This document shows positions 10,681 to 20,506 of a stretch of 64,000 bases of DNA, piece by piece. The first letter of the stretch is position 1. Each line of letters starts with the position of its first letter. The position numbers and the translations under genes are program-made. Below the pieces are notes generated by a model, which was not told the origin of the DNA, did not search any database, and was given only the letters and a program-made list of their open reading frames with translations. This DNA comes from an uncultured archaeon (GTDB lineage Archaea; Thermoproteota; Bathyarchaeia; Bathyarchaeales; Bathycorpusculaceae), in contig CAWALK010000012.1 of assembly GCA_963782915.1 (NCBI GenBank), forward strand, positions 320,001 through 384,000, read 5' to 3'.

Positions 10681-11124
10681 ATGAAGAAAATTATTGCTAA
10701 GCAAGAAGCCTGTATCGGCTGCGGACTATGCGAAGTCTACTGCACCACCGCGCATTCAAAGTCCAAAGACATAATCAAAGCCTACAACAGCGAACGCCCC
10801 AAACCCATAAGCCGCGTCCGCCGAGAAGTGCAAAAACCAGTCTCATTCGCCATCCAATGCCGCCACTGCGAAGACGCACCCTGCGTTACCGCCTGCCTAA
10901 CAGGCGCCATGACTAAAGATGCCAAAACAGGCGAAGTTAAACATAACAAAGAAAAATGCATGGGCTGCTGGACCTGCATAATGGTTTGCCCATACGGAGC
11001 CATAAAAATGGACAAAGAAAACAAAGTTGTCGCCAAATGCGACCTCTGCCAAGACTTAGCGGAGCCAGCATGCGTAGCCAACTGCCCCAATCAGGCATTG
11101 GTATTCAAAGAGGTAAAATCCTAA
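10681..11124 (+). CDS. 4Fe-4S dicluster (CooF/DmsB-like) protein
   Basis: CIGCGLCEVYC, CRHCEDAPCVTAC, CMGCWTCIMVCP, KCDLC...CVANCP. Confidence 0.93.
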   Translation: MKKIIAKQEACIGCGLCEVYCTTAHSKSKDIIKAYNSERPKPISRVRREVQKPVSFAIQCRHCEDAPCVTACLTGAMTKDAKTGEVKHNKEKCMGCWTCIMVCPYGAIKMDKENKVVAKCDLCQDLAEPACVANCPNQALVFKEVKS

Positions 11125-12404
11125 TGGCAAAGTACGTAATAGTTGGGGCTTCTGCAGCTGGCATCGGCGCAGTTGAAGCCATACGAACCGTTGATCCAGT
11201 CGGATCCATAGCTGTCATTTCGGATGAGGCTTGTCCACATTATAGTCGCCCCATGATTAGCGATTTTGTCAGCGGTAAAGCAGATTTTCATAAGATGAAG
11301 TGCCGAGAAGACGGCTTCTGGAAAGACAAAAGCGTAGAGACCCTTACAGCCCAAAAAGTGATTTCCCTAAACTTAACCGAGAAAGTAGTGATGCTTGAAA
11401 ACGGCGAAAAGGTACCATACGAAAAGCTTCTGCTTGCAACAGGCGGCAAACCCTTCGTCCCCAAAATGGAAGGGCAAGAAAAAGACGGCGTATTCACATT
11501 CACCACCATACAAGACGCACAGCGCTTAACAGCGAAAATCGAAGCCATAAACGCAAAGTCTGCGGTAGTTATCGGGGCAGGCTTGATTGGCTTAAGCGTA
11601 ACCGAAGCCTTGAACAAGCGGGGTTTGAAGGTTACGATGGTTGAGTTGCAAGAAAAAATCCTCAGCTTAATCCTTGACCCCAAAGCTTCCGAACTCGTCG
11701 AAAGCACCGTTCGAGCAGCAGGCGTGGACATCGTAACTGGGCAATCAGTCCAGAAAATCATAGGCAAACAAGATAACGAAAGCATGGTCGGCGGCGTAGT
11801 CTTAACCAAAGGCAACACCGTACCCTGCGACTTAGTCATAGTAGCCATCGGCGTAATCCCCAGAACCGAATTGGTAGCGGGCACAGCCATAAAAACCAAC
11901 AGAGGCATAATAGTAGACAACACAATGCAAACCAACCTCCCAGACGTTTACGCTAGCGGCGACGTAGCAGAAGCCTACGATTTCATCCTAAACCAGAACC
12001 GCCTCCTCCCACTTTGGCCCTTAGCAATCCAAGAAGGCCGAATAGCAGGCCTCAACATGGCAGGACAGAAAACCCTCTACAACGGCGGGACAAACATGAG
12101 CAGCCTAAAATACTTCGGCATCCCCATCGTTTCCATCGGTTTAGCTAACCCCAAAGACGACCCAACGCTTGAAGTGCTCATAAAAGCCGATGTTGAACAC
12201 AAAGTCTACAAAAAAATTGTCCTACGAGGCAACATCATCGTTGGCATGACTTTAGTTGGCTGCATAGAACGCGCCGGCATACTCTTCCACCTCATGAAAA
12301 ACGCAGTAACCGTTAAGAAGTTTAAGGAGCAACTGCTCGCAGACGACTTCGGCTTAGCCACATTGCCGGTTGGTTTGCAGAAGAAAATGAGTGTGATACA
12401 ATAA
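11124..12404 (+). CDS. FAD/NAD(P)-dependent oxidoreductase (NirB N-terminal/rubredoxin reductase-like)
   Basis: VIVGASAAG, LLATGG, VVIGAGLIG, TNLPDVYASGD. Confidence 0.92.
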   Translation: MAKYVIVGASAAGIGAVEAIRTVDPVGSIAVISDEACPHYSRPMISDFVSGKADFHKMKCREDGFWKDKSVETLTAQKVISLNLTEKVVMLENGEKVPYEKLLLATGGKPFVPKMEGQEKDGVFTFTTIQDAQRLTAKIEAINAKSAVVIGAGLIGLSVTEALNKRGLKVTMVELQEKILSLILDPKASELVESTVRAAGVDIVTGQSVQKIIGKQDNESMVGGVVLTKGNTVPCDLVIVAIGVIPRTELVAGTAIKTNRGIIVDNTMQTNLPDVYASGDVAEAYDFILNQNRLLPLWPLAIQEGRIAGLNMAGQKTLYNGGTNMSSLKYFGIPIVSIGLANPKDDPTLEVLIKADVEHKVYKKIVLRGNIIVGMTLVGCIERAGILFHLMKNAVTVKKFKEQLLADDFGLATLPVGLQKKMSVIQ

Positions 12405-13522
12405 TGGATCAATTTGACCAGAAAACAATAATCAACCCATACGGCGACGACAAAGACTTCTCAGCCTGCGGCATATTCGCCATGATGAACACCAGCGGAG
12501 CACGCTTCGGCTGCAAAGACCCAGTCAAAGCCATGGTTAACATGCATGACCGAGGCAACGGCTTAGGCGGAGGCTTCGCAGTCTATGGCATCTACCCTGA
12601 ATTCAAAGACTACTACGCATTCCACGTCATGTACCTAAGCAAGGATGCTAAAGAAAGAACTGACCGCATACTAGCATCCCACTTCGACATCATCTACGAC
12701 GAGGAAATGCAGACACGCCCCGCTAACGTACGTGATCCACCCGTGGTTTGGCGCTACTTCGCATCGCCTAAAAAGCGTCGCCCAGCAGGCCAAAGTGAAG
12801 AGGACTACGTGGTAGACGCTATCATGCGCATAAACACTGAGAGCGGTAAAGCGTTCGTGTTCTCAAGCGGCAAAGACATGGGCGTCTTCAAAGGTGTTGG
12901 TTTCCCGGAGGATGTTGCGGATTTCTTCTGTCTCGAAGACTATCAAGGTTACCTATGGTCATGTCACAGTCGTTTCCCAACAAACACACCCGGCTGGTGG
13001 GGCGGAGCACACCCATTCAACATCTTAGATTGGACAGTCGTACACAACGGTGAACTCTCATCCTACGGCATTAACCGTCGCTACCTCGAAATGCACGGTT
13101 ACAAATGCACCATGGTCACAGACACCGAAGTCATCGCCTACGCAGTTGATCTCTTGATGCGGCGCCAACACTTGCCCATAGAGTTACTGGTGAAAGTGTT
13201 TGCTTCACCCCTATGGAACGAAATCGACACTATGGAACCTAAACAAGCCGAATTAATGCGTATGCTGCGCCAAACCTACGGCAGCTTACTCATGAACGGA
13301 CCATTTAGCATAGTAATCGCCCACCACGGTGAAATGATTGGATTAACTGACCGTATCAAGCTGCGTCCAATGGTTGCAGGCCAAAAAGGCGATGTAACCT
13401 ACATTTCCTCAGAAGAAGCAGCTATGCGATTGGTCTCCCCTCAACTGGATCGTTTCTGGTGTCCACGAGGCGGAGAACCCGTAATTGTCCGACTAAAGAA
13501 CCAGAAGAACGGAGGACTCTAA
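12404..13522 (+). CDS. Glutamate synthase class II glutamine amidotransferase subunit (GltB1/GlxB-like)
   Basis: ACGIF, DRGNGLGGGF, HSRFPTNTPGWWGGAHPF, VHNGE, DTEV, DRIKLRP. Confidence 0.92.
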   Translation: MDQFDQKTIINPYGDDKDFSACGIFAMMNTSGARFGCKDPVKAMVNMHDRGNGLGGGFAVYGIYPEFKDYYAFHVMYLSKDAKERTDRILASHFDIIYDEEMQTRPANVRDPPVVWRYFASPKKRRPAGQSEEDYVVDAIMRINTESGKAFVFSSGKDMGVFKGVGFPEDVADFFCLEDYQGYLWSCHSRFPTNTPGWWGGAHPFNILDWTVVHNGELSSYGINRRYLEMHGYKCTMVTDTEVIAYAVDLLMRRQHLPIELLVKVFASPLWNEIDTMEPKQAELMRMLRQTYGSLLMNGPFSIVIAHHGEMIGLTDRIKLRPMVAGQKGDVTYISSEEAAMRLVSPQLDRFWCPRGGEPVIVRLKNQKNGGL

Positions 13523-13523
13523 C

Positions 13524-15044
13524 ATGACTAACATGAAAAGCTACATTAACCCGGAATATCTCGTCGAACGTGACCCTCGACGTTGCATCCGCTGTAAAGT
13601 ATGCACTAACCAATGCACCTACGACAGCCACTGCTATGACGCCGAAAGCGACACCATAGTCAGCAAGGACGAGAACTGCGTTAACTGTCAACGTTGTGTA
13701 ACTTTCTGTCCCACACACGCTATTACCATACGCAAGAACCCCAACGCAAACCGAGACAACGCCAACTGGACAGTGGAAGCCATCCGCGACCTCAAGCGTC
13801 ATGCGGAAAGCGGCGGCGTACAAATCACCGGTATGGGCAACGATAAACCCGCATTCAGCTACTGGGACCGCTTACTGCTAAACGCCAGCCAAGTCACCAA
13901 CCCATCCATCGACCCTTTACGTGAACCTATGGAAATCCGCACTTACCTCGGCGCAAAACCTGACCGCCTAGAATTCAACTTCAAAGATGACATGCCCGAA
14001 CTCAAAACCAAACTTACCCCCCAGCTCTGCCTTGACACCCCAATCATGTTCTCGGCTATGTCGTATGGCGCCATTAGCTTAAACGTTCATGCGTCATTGG
14101 CGCGTGCAGCATCCGAATGTGGCACATACTTCAACACAGGTGAAGGCGGCTTAGACAAGAGCCTCTATCAATACGGCGACCGCGCCATCGTTCAAGTTGC
14201 GTCAGGCCGCTTCGGAGTACACCCAAGCTACCTAAACGCGGCAGCAGCTGTCGAAATCAAGATTGGTCAAGGTGCAAAACCCGGCATCGGCGGCCATTTA
14301 CCCGGCGAAAAAGTCACCGAGTTAGTCGCGAAAACTCGTATGATTCCGCAAGGCACAGACGCGCTGTCACCCTATCCGCAACACGACATATACTCCATCG
14401 AAGACCTCCGCCAACTAATCTACGCCATCAAAGAAGCCACCAACTACACCAAACCTGTCTCAGTCAAAGTGGCAGCGGTACATAACATCGCAGCCATCGC
14501 AAGCGGCATCGTTCGTGCAGGCGCAGACATAATCGCCATGGACGGCGTTCGCGGTTCAACAGGTGCAGCTCCAAAAGTTATCCGAGATAACGTCGGCATA
14601 CCCATCGAGTTAGCATTAGCCCAGGTGGACCAGCGTCTACGTGACGAAGGCATCCGTAACCAAGCTTCCATCGTTGCTGCAGGCGGCTTCCGAAGCTCAG
14701 CAGACGTCTTCAAAGCCATCGCCTTAGGTGCCGATGCAGTTTACATTGCAACCGGCGCATTGGTCGCTATGGGCTGCACGGTATGTCAGAAATGCTACAC
14801 AGGCAAATGCCCATGGGGCATCGCAACCAGTGACGCCTGGATTGGCAAACGCATTAACCCCGACATCGCTTCACAACGCCTCATCAACCTACTCCACAGC
14901 TGGAGTCATGAAATCAAGGACATGATGGGCGGCATGGGTATCAACGCAATCGAAAGCTTACGCGGCAACCGATTGGCACTGCGAGGAGTCGGCTTAAACG
15001 CGCAAGAGCTTGAGACTTTAGGCGTTAAAATGGCAGGAGCATAA
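13524..15044 (+). CDS. Archaeal glutamate synthase FMN subunit with N-terminal ferredoxin (GltB2)
   Basis: AMSYGA, NTGEGG, QVASGRFGV, EIKIGQGAKPGIGGHLPG, DIYSIEDL, CTVCQKCYTGKCP. Confidence 0.95.
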   Translation: MTNMKSYINPEYLVERDPRRCIRCKVCTNQCTYDSHCYDAESDTIVSKDENCVNCQRCVTFCPTHAITIRKNPNANRDNANWTVEAIRDLKRHAESGGVQITGMGNDKPAFSYWDRLLLNASQVTNPSIDPLREPMEIRTYLGAKPDRLEFNFKDDMPELKTKLTPQLCLDTPIMFSAMSYGAISLNVHASLARAASECGTYFNTGEGGLDKSLYQYGDRAIVQVASGRFGVHPSYLNAAAAVEIKIGQGAKPGIGGHLPGEKVTELVAKTRMIPQGTDALSPYPQHDIYSIEDLRQLIYAIKEATNYTKPVSVKVAAVHNIAAIASGIVRAGADIIAMDGVRGSTGAAPKVIRDNVGIPIELALAQVDQRLRDEGIRNQASIVAAGGFRSSADVFKAIALGADAVYIATGALVAMGCTVCQKCYTGKCPWGIATSDAWIGKRINPDIASQRLINLLHSWSHEIKDMMGGMGINAIESLRGNRLALRGVGLNAQELETLGVKMAGA

Positions 15045-15048
15045 GGCA

Positions 15049-15858
15049 ATGCAAGTACCACAACGAGTTAACTCTACAGAAATCGACCCCCAATACCAAA
15101 ACCGAGTAGTTTACCAAGACAAAGTCGTTAAAGTTGACGCTGAAGGCATCTACTACCGAGACCTCAACAGCATCCTGCGTGCACTGGTGCAGAGAGGCGG
15201 CATAGAAAAAATCGAAATCCACAACGTATGCGGACAACGCTACATCGGCACCGACCTAAACACCAACATCATAATAGAAGTCTACGGCACCCCCGGCAAC
15301 GATTTAGCAGCATTCCTAAACGGACCCAAAATCGTCATCCACGGCAACGCACAAGACGCAAGCGGCAACACCATGAACGAAGGCGAAATCGTCGTCCACG
15401 GACACGCAGGCGACTTAACAGGCCACAGCATGCGGGGCGGCAGAATCTTTGTCAAAGACTATGTTGGCTACCGCGTCGGCATCCACATGAAAGAATACGA
15501 GCAGAAAGTACCAACCATTGTCATCGGCGAAACAGCAGGCGACTTCCTAGCCGAGTACATGGCAGGCGGCGTTATTTGCGTCTTGGGCTTGAATCTGAAA
15601 GAGGGTGAAAAATGCATGTCCCGCTTTGTTGCCACTGGAATGCATGGGGGCGTTATGTATGAGCGTGGAGAAATCTTTACTCCAGAAGCAGGCACCAAAG
15701 TCGAACCCGCTGGCAAACGCGACATGAAAACCATCGATAAATTAGTCAATGACTACTGCGGCTACTTTGGCGGCGACGCAAAAGCCATCCTGTCAGCGAA
15801 GTTCTACAAGATATTGCCGCTTTCGAAGCGTCCATACGAGAAGCTCTTCTCACACTAA
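15049..15858 (+). CDS. Glutamate synthase GXGXG subunit (GltB3/GlxC-like)
   Basis: GQRYIG, GTPGNDL, GNAQD, AGDFLAEYMAGG, GMHGG beta-helix repeats. Confidence 0.92.
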   Translation: MQVPQRVNSTEIDPQYQNRVVYQDKVVKVDAEGIYYRDLNSILRALVQRGGIEKIEIHNVCGQRYIGTDLNTNIIIEVYGTPGNDLAAFLNGPKIVIHGNAQDASGNTMNEGEIVVHGHAGDLTGHSMRGGRIFVKDYVGYRVGIHMKEYEQKVPTIVIGETAGDFLAEYMAGGVICVLGLNLKEGEKCMSRFVATGMHGGVMYERGEIFTPEAGTKVEPAGKRDMKTIDKLVNDYCGYFGGDAKAILSAKFYKILPLSKRPYEKLFSH

Positions 15859-15981
15859 ACCTTTCTTTTTGTTTTCTCTTCTTTTGTGACTGCCAAGCCT
15901 CAATCACATACCAATAAAAGCCGTCTACAGCACATTCTGTATCGAGAGCTAAACCGTCAAAATCAAATTTACTTGAGGTAA

Positions 15982-16260
15982 ATGAAAATGAGTAAACCTA
16001 AACCGAAAAAGGCGCCCCCATACCTCTATGAGGGTCCATCCCCAACCAAAGATGACATGGTTGAAGAAACTGACGATGTCTATGATACCGACCAACGAGA
16101 GGCTATGCTTGACGATGACGAAGTTACCGCTGCCGAAGCAGGCTTCATGGAGGGCCACGAACAGGAACCTCCAAGCAAAAAGGAAACCCGCAAAAACGCA
16201 ATTAGCCACACTGACGAAGTTGCCACCGAGTTAGCGAAGGAAGACGCAGAAGACGACTAA
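15982..16260 (+). CDS. Small acidic hypothetical protein
   Basis: 92 aa ORF with SD GAGGT and core DVYDTDQREAMLDDDEVTAAEAGFMEG. Confidence 0.75.
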   Translation: MKMSKPKPKKAPPYLYEGPSPTKDDMVEETDDVYDTDQREAMLDDDEVTAAEAGFMEGHEQEPPSKKETRKNAISHTDEVATELAKEDAEDD

Positions 16261-16310
16261 ATTTTGGCGCCCTTTGGGGCATTCAACGAAAGTTGAAGCC
16301 TAAGTTACCT

Positions 16311-16350
16311 CTATAAATAGGGGGAAGGGTACCTCGGCAGAGCAGCAAGA
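16311..16350 (+). repeat. Dispersed TATA+G-run repeat, copy A
   Basis: CTATAAATAGGGGGAAGGGTACCTCGGCAGAGCAGCAAGA. Confidence 0.85.
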
Positions 16351-16552
16351 GCTTAGTTGTGTCCATATTTATGTTCTGAAAAAGCAGTGACTATGCATTT
16401 GCTGAGGGCATATGGTTCCACTCCGCACTAATGCCAACTAAGCTGCTGCAAGTGCATACCAAAACAGGTTTTACCTAACATTCAGTTATCTTCAACAGCG
16501 CCCTCTCAATGAGTGCAAATCTAAAGTTAGATAAAAACTGCAAACGCACAGT

Positions 16553-16592
16553 CTATAAATAAGGGAGGGGGTACCTTGGCAGAGCAACAAAC
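16553..16592 (+). repeat. Dispersed TATA+G-run repeat, copy B
   Basis: CTATAAATAAGGGAGGGGGTACCTTGGCAGAGCAACAAAC. Confidence 0.85.
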
Positions 16593-16922
16593 CTATTTTT
16601 TACGAATATTACACTGAACCACTTTAGGACAAACCAAACATTCATCCTGCATACTGCCCGCTGGAGCATTAAGCAACCCGTTGAAGTGGGCGCATTTTGC
16701 GGGTGAATCAAAAACCATCGGGTACTCAGCGGCTCTTACATCCACAACTTTGGATTTCTCGGTTACTATGTTGAGCCGTGACATGCAGTAGGGGCAAGCA
16801 TAATGCGATTGCCTGGGAATAGTTGAGGTGTCGGTAATCACGGTTGGCTTATCAAAGTGCTTTTCGCAGCCCTTGTAGGGGCATCGTAGCTTGTCTTGTG
16901 AACCGTGGTTAAAAAGTTGCAT
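16593..16922 (-). CDS. Small Cys-rich zinc-finger-like protein
   Basis: CPYKGC...CPYC...CAHF...CLVCPKVVQC. The longer ORF call overlaps a tRNA, so the start was reset to ATG 16922 (SD GAGAGGT). Confidence 0.75.
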   Translation of the reverse strand: MQLFNHGSQDKLRCPYKGCEKHFDKPTVITDTSTIPRQSHYACPYCMSRLNIVTEKSKVVDVRAAEYPMVFDSPAKCAHFNGLLNAPAGSMQDECLVCPKVVQCNIRKK

Positions 16923-17014
16923 ACCTCTCAAGCCTAACATTGCTGTATCGTAAACTTTAATAAACGTATCCAAAAACCGCTGTTTTGTCTGATTTGTGCT
17001 ACAGGTAAACAGAA

Positions 17015-17091
17015 TGGAGCCTCGAGCGGGCTTTGATCCCGCGGCCTGCTGCTTACGAGGCAGCCGCTCTACCAGGCTGAGCCATCGGGGC
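17015..17091 (-). tRNA. tRNA-Thr(CGT), CCA encoded
   Basis: GCCCCGATGGCTCAGCCTGGTAGAGCGGCTGCCTCGTAAGCAGCAGGCCGCGGGATCAAAGCCCGCTCGAGGCTCCA, with U73 discriminator as in archaeal tRNA-Thr. Confidence 0.92.
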
Positions 17092-17164
17092 ACCAATGGC
17101 ATACTCAATGAAAACACCAATTTTTAAATCTTCACAAACCAAACAGTAAGGTTAGTGAACCAGC

Positions 17165-18170
17165 ATGAAAAAAACCGCCAATACGCCTGAGCTTGGGGAA
17201 CATCGTATCATCGAAATCATCCAAAGTCTCCTCACACCCATGCCTAACATAGCGGTGCCCTTTGGCGACGATGTCTCAGCCATAAACCTCAACAGCAAAC
17301 AAGTCGCAGTCCTAAAAACCGATATGCTTGTAGCTAAAACAGACGTTCCCAAACAGATGAGCCTCACCCAAGCAGCCCGCAAAGCAATCGTCATGAACAT
17401 CAGCGACTTCGCATCCAAAGGCGTCCAGCCAACAGCTGCTTGGTTGCACTTGGCTTACCCCGAAGCTTCACAGAAAAAGATGTCCAAGCCATCGCAGAAG
17501 GATTAGATGCCGGTGCCAGGGAATACGGTGCATACGTGGTCGGCGGCGACACCAGTGAAGCCCAAGACCTAATCATCTCAGTCATGCTTTACGGGGTTGC
17601 AGAAAAGTCATCGTTGATGCTGCGAACAGGTGCACAAGCCCGGTGACATTTTGGCAGTCACTGGCCCATTTGGTAAACCCTCTGGCTGGATTACGATTGC
17701 TTCTTAACGATTGCAAAGCCCCTGAAGTCTTAAGGAAAACGCTGCTGGACTCAGTTTTCATGCCCAAAGCACATCTTGCAGAGGGATTGGCGTTGGCTGG
17801 TTGCGGGGCGGTTTCGGCTTCTATGGATTCCAGCGACGGCTTAGCTTGGAGCTTGCATGAGTTGGGGCGATTAAGCAACGTGGGTTTCTTGCTTGAATCA
17901 GTTCCTATCGCACCGGAAGCAACCGAATTTGCAGAACTAAATGGTTTAGATGCTTGCGAATTGGCGCTTTACGGCGGCGAAGAATACGAGTTAGTATTAA
18001 CCATAAAACCGGAATGCTGGGAAGTTGCCCAAGCTGCTGTAAAAGCTGCAGGCGGACAACTAATACGCTTAGGAAAAGCTACAGAAAACAAACAAATCCT
18101 GCTCGAAGCCAACGGCAAAAAAACAGCGATTGAACCACGAGGCTGGGAGCACTTTAAGAGTCACGTTTGA
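17165..18170 (+). CDS. thiL: Thiamine-monophosphate kinase, two frameshifts
   Basis: GEHRII, FGDDVS, KTDML, NISDFASKG, VGGDT, SMDSSDGL, LYGGEEYEL, GWEHF. Confidence 0.92.
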
Positions 18171-18723
18171 GCTGCCGATCAAGCGTATAGTTGATTATGT
18201 TTATGCATGACATCGCAAGGTAAGGTGTCTTGCCTAAACTGATTTTTTCGCCAAACCGTAATGCAAAATCTTCCGCTCTCTTTGGTAATCCCACATGGTC
18301 ACCTAAGACAAAGAGGCTGTTTTCTGGAAAAGTTATCTCATTTACGTCTTTACCGCCCTCTTCCAGCACATAGACTTGGTGGGTCTGCGCTTTAGCTTTC
18401 ATGAGCGTTTCAAAGGCTGTTTTGTCTTTGCTTATGCCCGGGTGGGTTTTGCCTGCGAGTGTTTTTCTGAGGATTTGCTGCCACGTTTCCATGTCGGTGC
18501 GTACGTCATAGAGGGTTTCTCCGTTGATTTGAATATGCACTGGCGGGTTCGGTGGACCGTTTAGGATAGCATGGAAGGTTACGTCTCGGCGTATGCCATG
18601 TGAAAGGAATAAACTGGTAACGATGCATTCATGCACAATGTCGAGTCTGCCTGCGTCATGTAGGTTAGTAAAGCTTGAATCGGTTTTTCCCATCCGCGAA
18701 AACAGCACAAATTCTCTTGGCAA
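18154..18723 (-). CDS. trmY: tRNA (pseudouridine-54-N1)-methyltransferase
   Basis: AGRLDIV...SLFLSHGIRRDV...GPP, LEEGG, FVLGDHVGL SPOUT motifs. Confidence 0.92.
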   Translation of the reverse strand: MPREFVLFSRMGKTDSSFTNLHDAGRLDIVHECIVTSLFLSHGIRRDVTFHAILNGPPNPPVHIQINGETLYDVRTDMETWQQILRKTLAGKTHPGISKDKTAFETLMKAKAQTHQVYVLEEGGKDVNEITFPENSLFVLGDHVGLPKRAEDFALRFGEKISLGKTPYLAMSCINIINYTLDRQLKRDS

Positions 18724-18773
18724 AGCATTCACTGCCAATGGGTATGCTTGAGTTACTTTAAAGCCCTTCGCCA

Positions 18774-19166
18774 CTACAGCGTACTCAACAGAACCATGAT
18801 ATTGTTTATCACTACTAAGAGCAGGAACACAACTACCCCAATGGAAGCAACTCTCAACGTAACATACGCAGCCTTAAACGACTTATCATGAACATTGCTA
18901 TTGCTCAATAGCGCTTTTTCCGCTAAAACAAAAACAACCCCGACAGAAATTGTCACAGCCAACTTTACAGCCACAAAAGCCGGCAGGTTCGTGTTAACTA
19001 AACCTGCGATTATGGGGTTGAGTTCTTGTGTGCCAAAATATACGGTTCCTATAACCGTGGTTAAGCAATCCATGGGACCCATAAGAATCAGCATTAAACT
19101 AGCCGTATACTTGACAGCAGACAAAAACTGTTCCTCCGCTGAAAAACCAAGCGAACCCACTATCAA
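18774..19166 (-). CDS. DUF5658-like small membrane protein
   Basis: MDCLTTVIG...ELNPI...VKL...VVINN pattern with 3-4 TM helices. Confidence 0.75.
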   Translation of the reverse strand: MIVGSLGFSAEEQFLSAVKYTASLMLILMGPMDCLTTVIGTVYFGTQELNPIIAGLVNTNLPAFVAVKLAVTISVGVVFVLAEKALLSNSNVHDKSFKAAYVTLRVASIGVVVFLLLVVINNIMVLLSTL

Positions 19167-19316
19167 CGAACAGGCACGATAAAGGAAGACGTTCTCTAAA
19201 GGGATTTAGTGGATAACCAAAATTGGATTCGACTTTTCAGCCAATAATACAAACAAATGAGTCTTTTTATATCTTAACTAGGCTGGGTATGCTGCAAAGA
19301 AAAAAGCGCTCTCATC

Positions 19317-19718
19317 TTAGAGGAGGATTCTTTTAACAATCCAAGCATGAGTGCAGGTTTTATCCATAAAGACCGCCATCCTGTTCCCGCCGATGCACAT
19401 GCAAAGCACCTTAACCGATTTCCCTTCAACAAGTGCGCTCTCTACATCCGTTAAGTTGAACTGTTTTGAAATTGCGCGGCTGCAGTCGTGAATTTGGCTG
19501 GAAAGCGAGGCATATTCAATTACGGCTTCTTTTTGGGTTAGGTCGATGATGGCTGCTGTGTTGCTGCGAAGGATATAGCCGATGACGCCTTTGAGTTTGC
19601 GGATTTCGCTTAAGGTAGCTGCGAGGTTTGCGAAAACAGAGTTATCCCCGCCAACAACAATGACTGGTGCAGTGTCTGTGAGTTGTTCTGTTTGGGCTAT
19701 GTCCATTTTCTGTTTCAA
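19317..19718 (-). CDS. Roadblock/LC7 domain protein
   Basis: TLSEIRKLKGVIGYIL...EYASLSSQI...VESALVEGKSVKVLC...MAVF fits the roadblock helix/strand pattern. Confidence 0.75.
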   Translation of the reverse strand: MKQKMDIAQTEQLTDTAPVIVVGGDNSVFANLAATLSEIRKLKGVIGYILRSNTAAIIDLTQKEAVIEYASLSSQIHDCSRAISKQFNLTDVESALVEGKSVKVLCMCIGGNRMAVFMDKTCTHAWIVKRILL

Positions 19719-19728
19719 TGTATCACCT

Positions 19729-20481
19729 TTATTCGATTACTGGTTTAACGATGACCAGTTTGCCTTTGCTGCTCTGCAGGGTTTGGAGGATTTTGTCTGG
19801 GATCCCGATTATGCCTTTGGCGTCTTTTTGGGGTTTGAATTTGCAGGTTACGGTTTTGCCCTCTAAGGTTTGGATGGATACTGCGGTGAAGGTTTTTTTG
19901 TCATAGAGGTTTTGCCAGTTCTCGATCACTTCGCTGTCGATGCGCACTGTGTCCGATGGGACTAGTAAGCCGCCGATTTTTTCTACCATAAACTGGGTTG
20001 TTGGCGCTTTGGGCAGGTATGGTTCAGGCGGCGATTCTAGATCAGGAATAGTTCTTTCCGATTTCTGCTCGGTCAAAATAGCTTCAACTTTTGACGGCGC
20101 CTTTTCAGGTAGAACCCTCTGCTTTTCCACCACAACCGTTCCTTTAGCTAACTGGATAACGGTGGGTGCAACAATTTGGGTTAGGGACTTGATTATTTTT
20201 TGGTCTGCGGTTCGAGAAGAAACCGTCGCTAAATAAACATCACCTACAGCGGCAACAGAAAGTTGAGTGTTGAGGTCTTGGATGGTTAAACTCTCTATGC
20301 CGCCGATGCATCCAGCGTGAGTTATGCCGTTTAGGTTGGCGATTAGCGTTTGTGTTTGCTCTGGTGTGGTGCCTTCGCTGGCAGCTAAGGTTTCGCCCTC
20401 CAAATTGAAAACTATGGTGTTGGCGATGTCTGGGCTTAGGGTTTTGAATTCGCCGATTACCGTTTGGAGCGCTTCAGTCAA
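19729..20481 (-). CDS. Roadblock/longin-like N-domain fused by a Pro/Glu linker to a double-psi-beta-barrel-like C-domain
   Basis: N-terminal IVFNLEGETLAA...IESLTIQ...YLATV. C-terminal VRIDSEVI...IGIPDKILQTL..SKGKLVIVKP resembles CDC48-N DPBB repeats. Confidence 0.6.
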   Translation of the reverse strand: MTEALQTVIGEFKTLSPDIANTIVFNLEGETLAASEGTTPEQTQTLIANLNGITHAGCIGGIESLTIQDLNTQLSVAAVGDVYLATVSSRTADQKIIKSLTQIVAPTVIQLAKGTVVVEKQRVLPEKAPSKVEAILTEQKSERTIPDLESPPEPYLPKAPTTQFMVEKIGGLLVPSDTVRIDSEVIENWQNLYDKKTFTAVSIQTLEGKTVTCKFKPQKDAKGIIGIPDKILQTLQSSKGKLVIVKPVIE

Positions 20482-20506
20482 AGGTTTCTGCTCCTTTTAC
20501 GCGGCC

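Noticed and set aside
16311-16592. Repeat pair as a mini-CRISPR array or origin recognition boxes
   Set aside because: The spacing is ~200 bp, the copies are divergent, there are no cas genes, and the sequence lacks the TCCA...GAAAC ORB core and an adjacent cdc6/orc1.
16921-17120. N-terminal extension of the 175-aa ORF 16593-17120
   Set aside because: It reads through tRNA-Thr(CGT). The real start is downstream of the tRNA.
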